A stretch of DNA of 64,000 nt from Mobula birostris. Its lineage: Eukaryota. Below the pieces are notes generated by a model, which saw only the letters and a list, made by a program, of their open reading frames with translations, did no database searches and had not been told where the DNA came from. Positions 52,757-64,000 of the stretch are shown one piece after another (positions within the stretch are counted from its first letter, which is position 1; the number at the start of each line of letters is the position of its first letter). The position numbers and the translations under genes were made by a program. Where the stretch lies: positions 20,481,820-20,545,819 of the forward strand of contig NC_092396.1 of the NCBI RefSeq assembly GCF_030028105.1, read 5' to 3'.

Positions 52757-52977
52757 CAAACACGAAATGCTGCAGGAACCCAGCAGGCCAGGCAGCATCT
52801 ATGGGAAAGAGTACAGTCGATGTTTCGGGCCAAAACCCTTCGGCAGGACTTCAGCCCAGTTTTGGCCCAAAACATCGACTGTACTCTTTTCCATAGATGC
52901 TGTCTGGCCTGCTGAGTTCCTCCAACATTTTGTGTGCTTTGCTCGGATTTCCCACATCTGCAGATTTTTTCTTGTTT
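52757..52977. mobile_element. Inverted pair of Penelope-type repeats forming a hairpin with arms of about 80 bp
   Basis: 52757-52836 is the near-perfect reverse complement of 52859-52937. Confidence 0.75.
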
Positions 52978-53794
52978 GAGATATGAGAATTGGCAATTAC
53001 TTTTACTAAAATGGGTACAACTATCACTTGTTAATACTATGAATAAGCAAAAAGTACGAAGAATTGCCAGAAATTAAGGAAGGACTATACTGATGTATAG
53101 CTCATCAAAGACCATTTCTGCTGTGGGGCCCATTGCCTGCATTTACTGAATGTTTAAACAACATTTCCAACATCTCTATGGTCCATAGTATTTTACAGTT
53201 ATATCCAAGTGATCACTCTACTTTCATACCACTAATTATAATTGATATAGTCCGGCAACACTGCAGGTGCTAACCAATCAAAGCCTGAGGGTCGAAGACG
53301 CAAAGGAGTCACGAGGGCCCAGGTCATCAGGATCGCAGGGTGGAAGTTGAGGCCTGAAGGTCAAACATGTGATCGGCATCCTGGAGTGAAGTCTGAAGTT
53401 GGAGGCCTGATACCTGCAAGTCTGAGAACCTGGGAACAAGGCCAGCTGGTCCGTAGGTAGATTGTCCTGGGGTGGGAGGCCTGGCTGGGTAGTGTGAGTG
53501 GGGCTGGGGGGGATGGGAAAGGGGCTTGTTTTGCTGTTGGTATTTTGTTGTTGCTGCTTGCATTGTTCTTAGGAAAATTGCGGGCATGCTACGCATGTTG
53601 GCACCAGAAAGTGTGGTGACACTTGCAAGCTGTTCCCAGCACAACCTTGGGTGTACTGGTTGTTAATGCAAATGACGCATTTCACTGTATGTTTTTATGT
53701 GCATATGATAAATAGATCTGAATCTGAATCTACCTGGACGATACTGTAACTGGTCTCCCTATCTAATGTCAGACATGAGAAGATTTCCCTATTT

Positions 53795-54226
53795 TGTTGG
53801 TGATCGAAATAAGCTGCAGAAGGCTGTGAACCCAGTCAGCTCCATCATGGGCACTAGCCTCCCCAGCATCCAGAACGTCTTCAAGGAGCAATGCTTCAAA
53901 AAAGCTGCATCTATGATTAAGAATTCCCATCACCCAGGACATGCCTTCTTCCCATTGCTACCATCAGGGAGGTGGTACAGGAGCCTGAAGGTACACGCTC
54001 AACGATTCAGGACGAGCTTCTTCCCCTCTGCCATGAGATCTCTGAATGGACATTGAACCCATGAACACAACCTCACTACTTTTTTTCTCTTTTTGCACAG
54101 CTTATTTAATTTTTTTAATACATGTATTTACTGTAATTTAGTTTTATATTATGTATTGAATGTACTGCTGCCACATAGCAATAAATTTCATGACATATGC
54201 CGATGATATTAAACCCGATTCTGATT
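53795..54226 (+). mobile_element. Rex1/Babar-type LINE 3' fragment
   Basis: HHPGHAFFPLLPSGR.YRSLK...RFRTSFFPSA; (CTGATT) tail. Confidence 0.78.
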
Positions 54227-54293
54227 TTAAAACATCGTCAGTCCTTGTGTAAACAGCTGCACCGTCACAGCAAATTGCTTTGCCGACACTCAC

Positions 54294-54502
54294 TCTCTGT
54301 ATATTGGTGCCACTGGGACATTGCCTCTCGAGTTTTCCAACACAGCACCTTTCTGCATCTTCTGTCAGCTTCATGCTTTTGTAATAAACGTATTTTCCAA
54401 AGAGTCAGCACAACTCGACGCTGCCGGCCAAAAGAAAACCCAGCAACCAATTCCCGACGTCTCTGGCAGGTCTGCCCCCACTTGCTCCAACTTAGAAGTA
54501 CT
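54294..54502 (-). CDS. C1orf167: C1orf167-like exon
   Basis: 209 nt, VLLSWSKWGQ...VVLTLWKIRLLQ...REAMSQWHQYTE; resembles human C1orf167 as I recall it; syntenic position convergent with MTHFR. Confidence 0.78.
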
Positions 54503-54651
54503 CTGCAGGAAGAAAGTTACACACAGAGTTTATTAACCCCTCACCATTACACATACTGAATCAGTTTCTGTACCTGGAAGGGAAATATAAAAACAAATAC
54601 ATAACTAAACAGCAGGCAAACAGTGAAAAACTACTACCAACAGAGACATAC

Positions 54652-54889
54652 CGCATCAGCAGGGTCTGCCTGTGAAACTGATCCGCCTGCTGTACCCGTG
54701 CAGCCCAGAGCATCAGATGGTCTTCAACCAGATGCTTCTCCAATTTGCACTGTAGCCACTTTCCTGCTCGCTCCAGGCCAGGTCTGTTTGTTGGTCTTGC
54801 TCCGTACTGCAGAGTGCTCTACAAATCAATGGCACAAATAACTGGCTTGACCTTTACCATATTTGAGTTTACTTTTGTTCTTGTAGACC
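54652..54889 (-). CDS. C1orf167: C1orf167-like exon containing one in-frame TAG (54819-54821)
   Basis: ...AIDL*STLQ...HLMLWAARVQQADQFHRQTLLMR; splice phases fit both neighbours. Confidence 0.65.
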
Positions 54890-55032
54890 CTGGCAAAATG
54901 TCAAACTGAAAAGTCAAACCAAAATAGGGCAAGGTTATAAAAGGTATTATCTCAAAACAAGCAATCATTAGTAAATACCTCAGCTGCCTTTGCTGTAAAG
55001 ACTGAAATGTTATCTAAAACTTTTATTAGTGT

Positions 55033-55258
55033 TGGGCACGTGGCCAAGTGGTCAAGGCGTTCCTCTAGTGATCTCAAGGTCGCTAGTTCGAGCCTCAGCT
55101 GTGGCAGCGTGTTTGTGCCCTTGAGCAAGGCACTTAATCACACATTGCTCTAGTCTGTGCAAGGAGTGGCGCCCCACACAGACTTCCAATCTGCACCTTG
55201 TAAGGCATGAAAATGCCCGACACAGGCCTCTCGTGGTCTGAGTTGACGTTCCCTCCCC
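55033..55258 (+). mobile_element. Full-length tRNA-derived SINE with 11-bp target-site duplication
   Basis: A box TGGCCAAGTGG, B box GTTCGAGCC, CORE-like GTGCCCTTGAGCAAGGCACTTAA; TTTATTAGTGT at 55022-55032 and 55259-55269. Confidence 0.85.
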
Positions 55259-56062
55259 TTTATTAGTGTAAGTAACCAATCACATGAGAAGATAGAAGTT
55301 ATCTCATCCATACTATTGATTTTGCATAACTTTATGAACCTTCATTAATCTCACCAGCCTCCTTTCTCCTAAAGAAAACAGTCTATCCAGTGCATTACCT
55401 CAGACTCCTACTGACCACCTGGTCAGTCTATTGATACGTTCACAGAACTTACCACTTTCTTCCTCCGTATCAATCACACAGACACAAATTAAACAGTATA
55501 AATCACTGCCTACTGCAAACCTTATTGCAAGCAAAGCAGAAACACACCAAGAGGATTGGTCTGGGAGGCAAGTTCTTCAGAGAAAGTCAGTGGAGTCAAG
55601 TGCAGTAGTTGAGCCCTTAAATACCAAGCTGAATGGATTTCCCTACCAAATTTGTGCAGTCTCACAACAGGATTCTGTAAGTAACAGAATCTATATTTAA
55701 ATCTTCAAATTCCTTTTTGATGCTTCAGGCCCAGCAACCAAGCCCACAGACCAGTGCTATCTAACATGAAAAGAAATATGAATTAAAACACCAGCAGTAT
55801 TTTTTGATCATATCAAAGACATACAGGGCATAATGAACTTAGTTTGTTATTTATGAGTGTAGATTTTATCTTTACGTTCATAAGTTATCATGTGTGATGT
55901 GTACTACTGTGCTTTATACCCAGGTTTGGAGAAACTTTTTCTCATTTCTATGTACATTATGTGGTTATATACATTTTGCATATATGTATATAGTTAAATG
56001 ACAATAAACTTGGCTTGATATCCCCTGGTGAGCAAGAGCAAGGCAGTGTAACACACACTCAC

Positions 56063-56761
56063 CTTTAATCTCTGAACCGTTGAAATTTAAAAAACGGTTG
56101 ACGAAAAACCAACCTTTTCAGACACGTAGAGGGTGGTAAGTTTTAGGAAGTGAGACCCATAGTGTACTGCCTGGCCAACTCATCAGGAGTCTCACGCATG
56201 TATTCTCCAGCTACCTGTTCAAGTGAGCTGCAGTCAAGTTCTTCGTCACCCAGTGCAACAGTGCTGTCCCGCAGGGGCAAGTATTTACAGAATCCTTGCA
56301 GACATGGTTTGAAGAATTCTTCAGGCCAGAGTTTCAGAGCATCCTGCAATTGGTTCCATGATGCGATCCTGTAAAACTCATTGTGTACAGAATCATCAAT
56401 TCAGTGCCAAAATATACTCCTGAGAACTCTTTGTTCAAATTCCAAAAACCAGCCCTGATAATGTGCCTGAACTCCTCTCTTTACTCTCATTCCAGAATAA
56501 AATACCCCAAAGTATTCTCACATTCCACTGCCTCCACTATACCCTTGTCTCCAACATCCAGATCATACTTAGCTATTTGAAGTTTGTGCAGCTCCTCTCT
56601 ATCATCCTGGAATTGCGGCTGAGATGACTGTTCAAGGCGAACACTGCCATGTGAATACAGCTCTTCATGAGTTAAATGAACGTCATCCAGTTGAAGAGAC
56701 ATTTCATATTTTTCATTTTTGTTGTGGTCATTATCTTTCCCATAACTCTGACAACTAACAG
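56063..56761 (-). pseudogene. C1orf167: C1orf167-like large exon, disrupted by stops and frameshifts
   Basis: Good acceptor and AAG|GTGAGT donor, 699 nt; frame open to YFILE* (TGA 56487); protein-like text continues in another frame (VLRSIFWH*, LQDALKLW) with further stops. Confidence 0.55.
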
Positions 56762-57689
56762 CTAAACAGAGAAATATAGAAAAGAGATTAGGTTGGCTGA
56801 AAGAATTAAGGCATTGAATTTACAATTGTGAGAGATGACTCCTTTCCTTATGAGAGGGAAAGGGAGGAAATTAGGGTAGCAATGGCAAAGTAGAGAAGAG
56901 CTGGTATAAGTAGTAATCAAAAAAGGGAGAGGAATTTCACTGCAAGGAGTCTGGTTTCTTCCCCAGTGCAGTTGCCCATCTATCAAAAGGCCTTGTGTAC
57001 TAAACTAAAAACAATAATAATGACCTCTTCAAAATAAGTGTTCTGACAAACCACCGCAGTACCTGGTAAAAATCAGCAGAGGGTAGTAGTAAGCTAGATG
57101 TACCACCATATATATTTAAATTTCCAATTATCCATAAGATTTTTCTGCAGGTCCAGCAACACAGCACAGATCCTGGAATTGGTACAGCTAGGAAAGTTTG
57201 CTGGGGCAATAATGTCAATTAAGACTAAGAGTATAACATCTAGGTTTGGCAGAATGGCATCGACTCTGAATACACCAAGATATAGCCAATTCAAATGTAG
57301 AGGATTTACATCATATGCGCATATGATATACTTTGGTGGTTCACTCCATTTTACCAAACTCCATCTATATCTTTCTACTTACTTACTCAAAAAACGTCCT
57401 AAATTTATCCAGGCCTTTTCTCTCTCAATTGAACCCTATGTTGGTAGGTTCTACATCACAGTAACTTATCAGATATAATGGTTCCCCATGAATTTGTTAA
57501 TTACCCCTACCTTAGCATTCTCCATTATTTCTATATCCACTTTGTCAAAACATTATATAGTATGAGCGACTTGACAAGTATTTTACACTATATAATGTTT
57601 TGAACATTTAGCACCTCTGAATTGTTTTCAGCCAGATTCTTCTTAGTCACCTCACATGAATCTACAGCAAAATTAATTTGGCATATTTA

Positions 57690-59292
57690 CAAACCCCATT
57701 TCCAGAAAAGTTGGTATATTTTCCAAAATGCAATTAAAACAAAAGTCTGTGATATGTTAATTCACGTGAACCTTTATTTAACTGACAAAAGTACAAAGAA
57801 AAGATTTTCAATAGTTTTACTGACCAACTTAATTGTATTTTGTAAACATATACAAATTTAGAATTTGATGGCTGCAACACACTCAACAAAAGTTGGGACA
57901 AAGGCATGTTTACCATTGTGTTACATCACCTTTCCTTTTAATAACACTTTTTAATCGTTTTGGAATTGAGGATACTAATTGTAGTAGATTTGCAATTGGA
58001 AATTTTGTTCATTCTTGCTTGATAGAAGACTTCAGCTGCTCAACAGTCCGTGGTCTCCGTTGTCTGATTCTCCTCTTCATGATGCGCCATATGTTTTCAA
58101 TAGGAGCTAGATCTGGACTGGCAGCAGGCCAGTCAAGCACACGCACTCTGTGTCTACAAAGCCACACTGTTGTAGCCCATGCAGAATGTGGTCTGGCATC
58201 GTCCTGCTGAAATAAGCATGGATGTCCCGGGAAGAGACATCGCCTTGATGGCAACATATGTCTCTCTAAAATCCTAATATACGCCTCAGAGTCAATGGTA
58301 CCTTCACATACATGCAACTCACCCATGCCGTGGGCACTGATGCACCCCCATACCATCACAGATGCTGGCTTTTGCACCTTTTGCTGATAACAATCTGGAT
58401 GGTCGTTTTCATCTTTGGCATGGAGAACTCGATGCCCGTTTTTTCCGAAAACTAGCGGAAATGTGGACTCATCTGACCACAGCACACGGTTCCACAGTCT
58501 TTCAGTCCATCTGAGATGAGCTCGGGCCCAGAGAACTCGCCGGCGTTTCTGCATAGAGTTGATGTATGGCTTCCTCCTTGCGTAATACAGTTTCAAGTTG
58601 CACTTCTGGATGCAGCGACGGACTGTGTTGAGTGACAATGATTTTCCGAAGTACTCCCGAGCCCAGGTGGCTATAATTGTCACAGTAGCATGACGGGTTT
58701 TTAGGCAGTGCCGCCTGAGGGCTCGAAGATCACGCGCATTCAACAGTGGTTTCCGACCTTGCCCTTTATGCACTGAGATGTCTCTGAATTCTCTGAATAT
58801 TTCACAATATTATGTACTGTAGATGTTGAAAGACCTAAATTCTCTGCAACCTTGCATTGAGAAATGTTCCTTTTGAACTGACTAACAATTCTCTCACGAA
58901 TTTTGGCACAAAGGGGTGAGCCACGACCCATCCTTGCTTGCAAAGACTGAGCCTTTGATGGACGCTACTTTTATACCCAGTCATGATACCTCACCTGCTA
59001 CCAATTAGCCTGCTTAATGTGGAGTCTTCCAAACCGGTGTTACTTGAATATTCTGTGCACTTTTCAATCTTACTTTAACTCTGTCCCAACCTTTGTTGAG
59101 TGTGTTGCAGCCATCAAATTCTAAATTTGTGTATATTTACAAAATACAATTAAGTTAGTCAGTAAAACTATTGAACATCTTTTCTTTGTACTTTTGTCAG
59201 TTAAATAAAGGTTCACGTGAATTAACATATCACAGATTTTTGTTTTAATTGCATTTTGGAAAATATCCCAACTTTTCTGGAAATGGGGTTTG
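57690..59292 (-). mobile_element. Full-length Tc1/mariner (DD34E) DNA transposon, 1603 bp
   Basis: TA dinucleotide on both sides; 211-bp TIRs (57690-57900 and 59082-59292) beginning CAAACCCCATTTCCAGAAAAGTTGG, with an internal direct-repeat copy of AAAAGTTGG. Confidence 0.95.
57910..58931 (-). pseudogene. Tc1 transposase pseudogene
   Basis: MGRGSPLC...HTH...WSDES...FQQD-34aa-E (SPDLAPIEN); one 1-bp frameshift near 58790 and a TGA at 58009-58011; 1022 nt against 1023 for a 340-aa ORF. Confidence 0.92.
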
Positions 59293-60014
59293 TAGATGAT
59301 TAGTCTTTGTCAGGGTTGACTAGATGACACTCACTTAAGAAATTTGATGTCTAGCAGACACAAGCAAATTACATTTCAGGTTATTAACCTACTTTGGAAT
59401 CTACTCTCCATCATGGAAATGCATGGACAAAGGGCTGAGGGGTGACTACATTGTCCAAATTCGTCAAAAAGCAGCAAACTCATTCACTGTTTCTATAAGT
59501 TTTCTTCTTCAACAGATGAGTTCGCCAGATTAGTTATAACAATACACCTTTGACAACTTTAAACAAATCTAAAGGTTAAAATCTCATTTGTACCATTTGT
59601 TCAAAGCAAGGAATTTCAGAGATTTGAGTGCATAACACGGACAATATCGAGAATGTGCTCTGCTGCCAAAGGTGGGCTGGGGAGGGGGTGGGGGAGGTCA
59701 CAGATGGTGGTGTGAATTCACTCCTAGAGTGCTCAGGTACACAGCACTATTTATAAAGTAAGAAAGATATTCGCCAATAGATGCCAGTTAACCAACTAAA
59801 TCACTAAATTAACTACCTGGTTCTTAACATATTTATATTTATGGAACTTTACGGTATGCAAATCGCTGCCAAGTTTTCTGTATTATAATGGTAATCCAAA
59901 TTAGTTAAACGACTATCAAGTGCCAATGCACTATTAACAATACAAGACTTTGTTCCTTTTCTCTTAAACTCTAATTAAAAGTTTACTGAGCAGATTTACA
60001 CACTTGATATATAG

Positions 60015-60243
60015 AATGATGATGGGCCATGTCATCAGAAAGGGAGAAATAGAATGCCTTACATTACAAGGCCGTATGCCTGGGAAATGTGGAAGAGGAA
60101 GCCCAAGAAGAAAATATGTGGACACTGGGAAAGAACTAACAGATCTAAGTGTGCGAGATATCATTGACACTGCATGGGATCGTTCGATGTGGAAAGCCAT
60201 GATTGCCCAAGCGTGTAACGCGTAAGGCACATGAAGAAGAAGA
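60015..60243 (+). mobile_element. RTE-clade LINE 3' fragment
   Basis: GHVIRK......TLQGRMPGK.GRGSPRRKY......DRSMWKAMI; (GAA)n tail. Confidence 0.75.
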
Positions 60244-60278
60244 TACAGAAAGACTGTGACTTTCTCTCGTGTTCAAAC

Positions 60279-60475
60279 CTGTAGTTTGTTGCTGCACCTC
60301 TGTATGGCACAGTTGAAATAGGTGCGGAATATCCACTCTCTTCCCACGTTTTATGTGTAATAGTGTGCGCCAATGTAGGAAGCAACTCTCCAAATTCTCA
60401 GCATGATTCCTGAACAAGGTGTGTTGGGAGGCACAATCCTGTGCAAGAAACCGTGCCTGTGCCTCAAAGCAATCC
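60279..60475 (-). CDS. C1orf167: C1orf167-like upstream exon (open frame; further 5' exons not located)
   Basis: Pyrimidine tract plus AG, donor GTTTGA; DCFEAQARFLAQ...NLESCFLHWRTLL; end phase fits the next exon. Confidence 0.6.
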
Positions 60476-60994
60476 CTACAAAGAGGAACACAAAAAGCAT
60501 AGGTCAGAGCTGTGGAGATTCACAACTAGTATATCCAACAGTGCATCATGATGAGAAAAATTATTTACCACTTTAATGCTGCAGGGAAACTATGCATAAT
60601 CCCTGGATAACAGATGTAAACTTCGACAGCCTTGCTCCAAACTGTGCATCACAGTTCACAGTGAGGACCAATTACACACAGCGAAAGGAACGACCACATG
60701 CTGGCACTGCACCTCCAGGACTTCTGAAGCTCTCAGTCAAGCATTTGTGCTGCATAGGGCAATTTTCAAAGAAGGTTCAGCATCTTTTTCTTCTCATTTT
60801 AGTCTTCCTGCCTCTCCTGGAAGCAACACGTCTGATTCCTTCTGTGGTGGTTCTTTTCTGACAGGTCCCTAGGTACCCTTCTTCGCGTCAGCCTGGACTA
60901 AAGTACTGAAGGACCAAACATGCCTAAATCCTGTCCTGAGCAGCTGTAGGATCCCTAATAACATCTAGCTAAAATGAATTAACTCAGCACTGGA

Positions 60995-63900
60995 TGGCCT
61001 TTGAAAAGGTGCCACATGTGAGGCTTCATGATAAGATCCCATGGTATTATCTGGAATGATACTGGCATGGACAGGAGATTGGCTGACTGGCGGAAAACAA
61101 GGAGTGGCAATAAAGGGTGTCCTTTCCAGTTGAATGACAACTTCTAGTGGTGTTCCACGGGAGTCATTGTTGCGTCTGCTATTTTTCACATTATATGTTA
61201 ATGACCTGGATGACAGAATTGATGGCTTTGTGGCCAAGTCTGTGGAAGATACAAAGGTAGGTGGAGAGGAAGACACTGTTGAGGAAGTAGGAAGTCCACA
61301 GAAAGACTTGCGACAGATTAAAAGAATGGGCAAAGAAGTGGCTGATGAAATATAGTGCAGGGAAGTGTATAGTCGTGCATTTTAGTAGAAGGAATAAAGG
61401 CGTAGACAATTTTCTAAATAGGAAGAGAACTGAGGTATAAAGGCACTTGGGAGTCCTATTGCAGGATTCCCTAAAGGTTAACTTGCAAATTTATTCAGTG
61501 GTGAGGAAGACAAATGCAATGTTCCACCAGGACTAGAATATGGAAGAAAGAATGTAATGCTGATGGTTGATAAGGCATTGATCAGACCACATTTGGAGTA
61601 TTGTGAGCAGTTCTAAGAAAGGACATGCTGAAATTGGAAAGGGTCCAGGGGAGGCTTAAAAGAATAATTCCGAATTTGAAGAGTTGATGTATGAGACCAT
61701 AAGACATAGGAGCAGAATTAGGCCGTTCAGCCCATCAAGCCTGCTCTGCCATTCCATCATGGTTGATTCCAGTTCCCTGCCAATCCCATACGCCTGCCTG
61801 CTCGCCATATCGGTGGATGTTGTCTATATGGACTTCAGTAAGGCCTTTGACAAGGTTCCACATGGAAGGTTAGTTAGGAAGGTTCAATCGTTAGGCATTA
61901 ATATGGAAGTAGTAAAATGGATTCAGCAGTGGCTAGATGGGAGGCGCCAGAGAGTAGTGGTGGATAACTGTGTGTCAGATTGGAGGACGGTGTGTAGCGG
62001 TGTACCTCAGGGATCGGTACAGGGTCCAATGTTGTTTGTCATATTTATTAATGATCTGGATGATGGGGTGATAAATTGGATGAGTAAGTATGCAGATGAT
62101 ACTAAGATAGGTGGTGTTGTGGATGATGAGGTAGATTTTCAAAACTTGCAGAGAAATTTAGGACAGTTAGAAGAGTGGGCTGAAAGATGGCAGATGGAGT
62201 TTAATGCTGAAATATGTGAGGTGCTACATTTTGGTCGAACTAATCAAAACAGGAGATACATGGTAAATGGTAGGGCATTAAAGAATGCTTTAGAACAGAG
62301 TGATCCAGGAATAGTGGTGCATAGTTTCCTGAAGATGGAATCTCATGTGGATAGGGTGGTGAAGAAAGCTTTTGGTTTGCTGGCCTTTATTAATCAGAGC
62401 ATTGAGTATAGGAGTTGGGATGTAATGTTGAATTTGTATAACGCCAAATTTAAATTTGTAAAGCCAAATCTGGAGTATTGTGTACAGTTCTGATCACCGA
62501 ATTATAGGAAAGATGTCAATAAAATTGAGAGAGTACAGAGGAGGTTTACTAAAATGTTGCCTGGGTTTCATCTCCTAAGTTACAGAGAAAGGTTGAACAA
62601 GTTAGGTCTTTATTCTTTGGAGCGTAGAAGGTTGAGGGGGGGACTTGATAGAGGTGTTTAAAATTATGAAGGGGATTGATAGAGTTGACGATGTTAGACT
62701 TTTTCCACTGAGAGTGGGGAAGATTCAAACAAGAGGACATGGGTTGAGAATTAGAGGACAAAGGTTTAGAGGTAACATGAGGGGGAACTTCTTTACTCAG
62801 AGGGTGGTAGCTGTGTGGAATGAGCTTCCAGCAGAAGTGGTTAAGGCAGGTTCTATTTTGTTGTTTAAAGTTAAATTGGATAGATATATGGACAGGAAAG
62901 GAATGGAGGGTTATGGGCTGAGTGCAGGTCGGTGGGACCAGGATAGGGTAAGAGTTGGGCACAGAATAGAAGGGCCGAGATGGCCTGTTTCTGAGCTGTA
63001 ATTGTTATATGGTTATATATCCTTTGATGCCCTGAATGATCAGGAAGCATACTCTCCACACCGACCCTACCCAGTCCTTTCAACATTCAGTTGGTTTCAA
63101 TGAGATTTTCCCCCACCTCCACACCACCACCATATTCTCCTAAATTCCAGTGAGTACAGGCCCAAAACTGCCAAATGCTCCTCATGTGTTAACCCTTTCA
63201 TTCCTGGAATCATCTTCTGAACCTCTTCAGACTCTCTCCAATGACAACACTTCTTTCTAAGTTATCGGGCCCAAAACTGCTGACAATACTCCAAGTGCAG
63301 CCTGAATACTGTCTTAGAAAGCATCAGCATTATCTCCTTGCTTTTATATTCTATTCCCCTCAAATTAAATCCAACATTGCATTTGCCTTCTTTACCACAG
63401 ATTCAACCTGTAAGTTAACCTTCCGGGAGTCTTGCACAAGGATTCCTAAGTCGCTCCACATCTCTGATGTTTGAACCTTCTCCCCGTATGGATAATAGTC
63501 TGCACTATTGTTCCTTTTACCAAAATGCACTATCATACATCTCCCAACACTGTATTCCATCTGTCACTTTTTTGCCCATTCTTCCAATTTGTCTAAGTCC
63601 TGCTGCAATCACATTGCTTCCTCAGCACTACCTAACCCTCCACATATCTTTGTATCATCCACAAACTTTACCAAAAATCAATCGATTCCATTATCCAAAT
63701 CATTGACAAACAATGTGAAAAGTAATGGTCCCAATACTGACCCCTGAGGAACACCACTAGCCACTGGCAGCCAACCAGAAAAGGCCCCCTTTATTCCCAC
63801 TCGCTGCCTCCTGTCTGTCAGCCATTCCTCTCTTCATGCCAGTATCTTTCCTGTAAAGCTATAGGACTTTATCTTGTTAAGGGAAGTGTTTGATGGCTCT

Positions 63901-64000
63901 GGGCCTGTACATGCTGAAGTTTTAAAGAATAAGGGGGGATCTCATTGAAACCTATTGAATATTGAAAGGCCCAGAGTGGACATGGAGAAGATGTTTCCAA
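60995..64000. mobile_element. Nested CR1 cluster: plus copy (60995-61692, resumes 63881), minus copy (61693-61810, resumes 63018), inner plus copy (61811-63017)
   Basis: RT motifs (YMDFSKAFDKVPH, SGVPQGS, KYADD); interrupted host sequences resume in register after each insert. Confidence 0.85.

Noticed and set aside
55033-55110. tRNA gene candidate
   Set aside because: A/B boxes present but no cloverleaf; it is the head of a TSD-flanked SINE
56401-56489. TGA codons at expected Trp positions, suggesting recoding or selenocysteine
   Set aside because: TAG/TAA stops and frameshifts co-occur, I see no SECIS, and TGG-to-TGA is a common transition that also hit the Tc1 transposase
60640-60955. 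Possible further 5' exon of the C1orf167-like gene
   Set aside because: Stops in all three minus-strand frames and no convincing splice pair
1-64000. CRISPR arrays, operons or other prokaryotic systems
   Set aside because: The sequence is intron-rich vertebrate DNA; no regularly spaced repeat-spacer array is visible

Overview
Vertebrate genomic DNA, most likely from a cartilaginous fish (ray/shark), judging from its repeat content (CR1, Rex1/Babar, V-SINE/DeuSINE remnants, Penelope-type elements). The window holds the conserved C1orf167-MTHFR-CLCN6 block. (1) CLCN6 exons 1-7 lie on the minus strand (ATG at 16991; the gene runs off the left edge), and intron 5 is a U12 (minor-spliceosome) intron. 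(2) A compact CpG-island bidirectional promoter at about 16.8-17.4 kb carries three E-box/CLEAR motifs. (3) A complete MTHFR gene lies on the plus strand (11 coding exons, 22614-31721, 653 aa) with Ser at the position of human Ala222. (4) A convergent minus-strand C1orf167-like gene with Trp-periodic helical repeats has about 550 open, phase-consistent codons at its 3' end, while its upstream exons carry stops and frameshifts. Introns are full of retroelement fragments and also contain a near-intact 1.6-kb DD34E Tc1 transposon with 211-bp TIRs, a full-length tRNA-SINE with an 11-bp TSD, three-tier nested CR1 insertions and seven Penelope-type repeat loci whose consensus is a minimal hammerhead ribozyme. 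I found no prokaryote-style novel system. The best leads are the hammerhead-bearing repeat family, the half-disabled C1orf167-like gene, the MTHFR substitutions and the minor intron. Exon boundaries were read by hand from splice signals; repeat boundaries are approximate.
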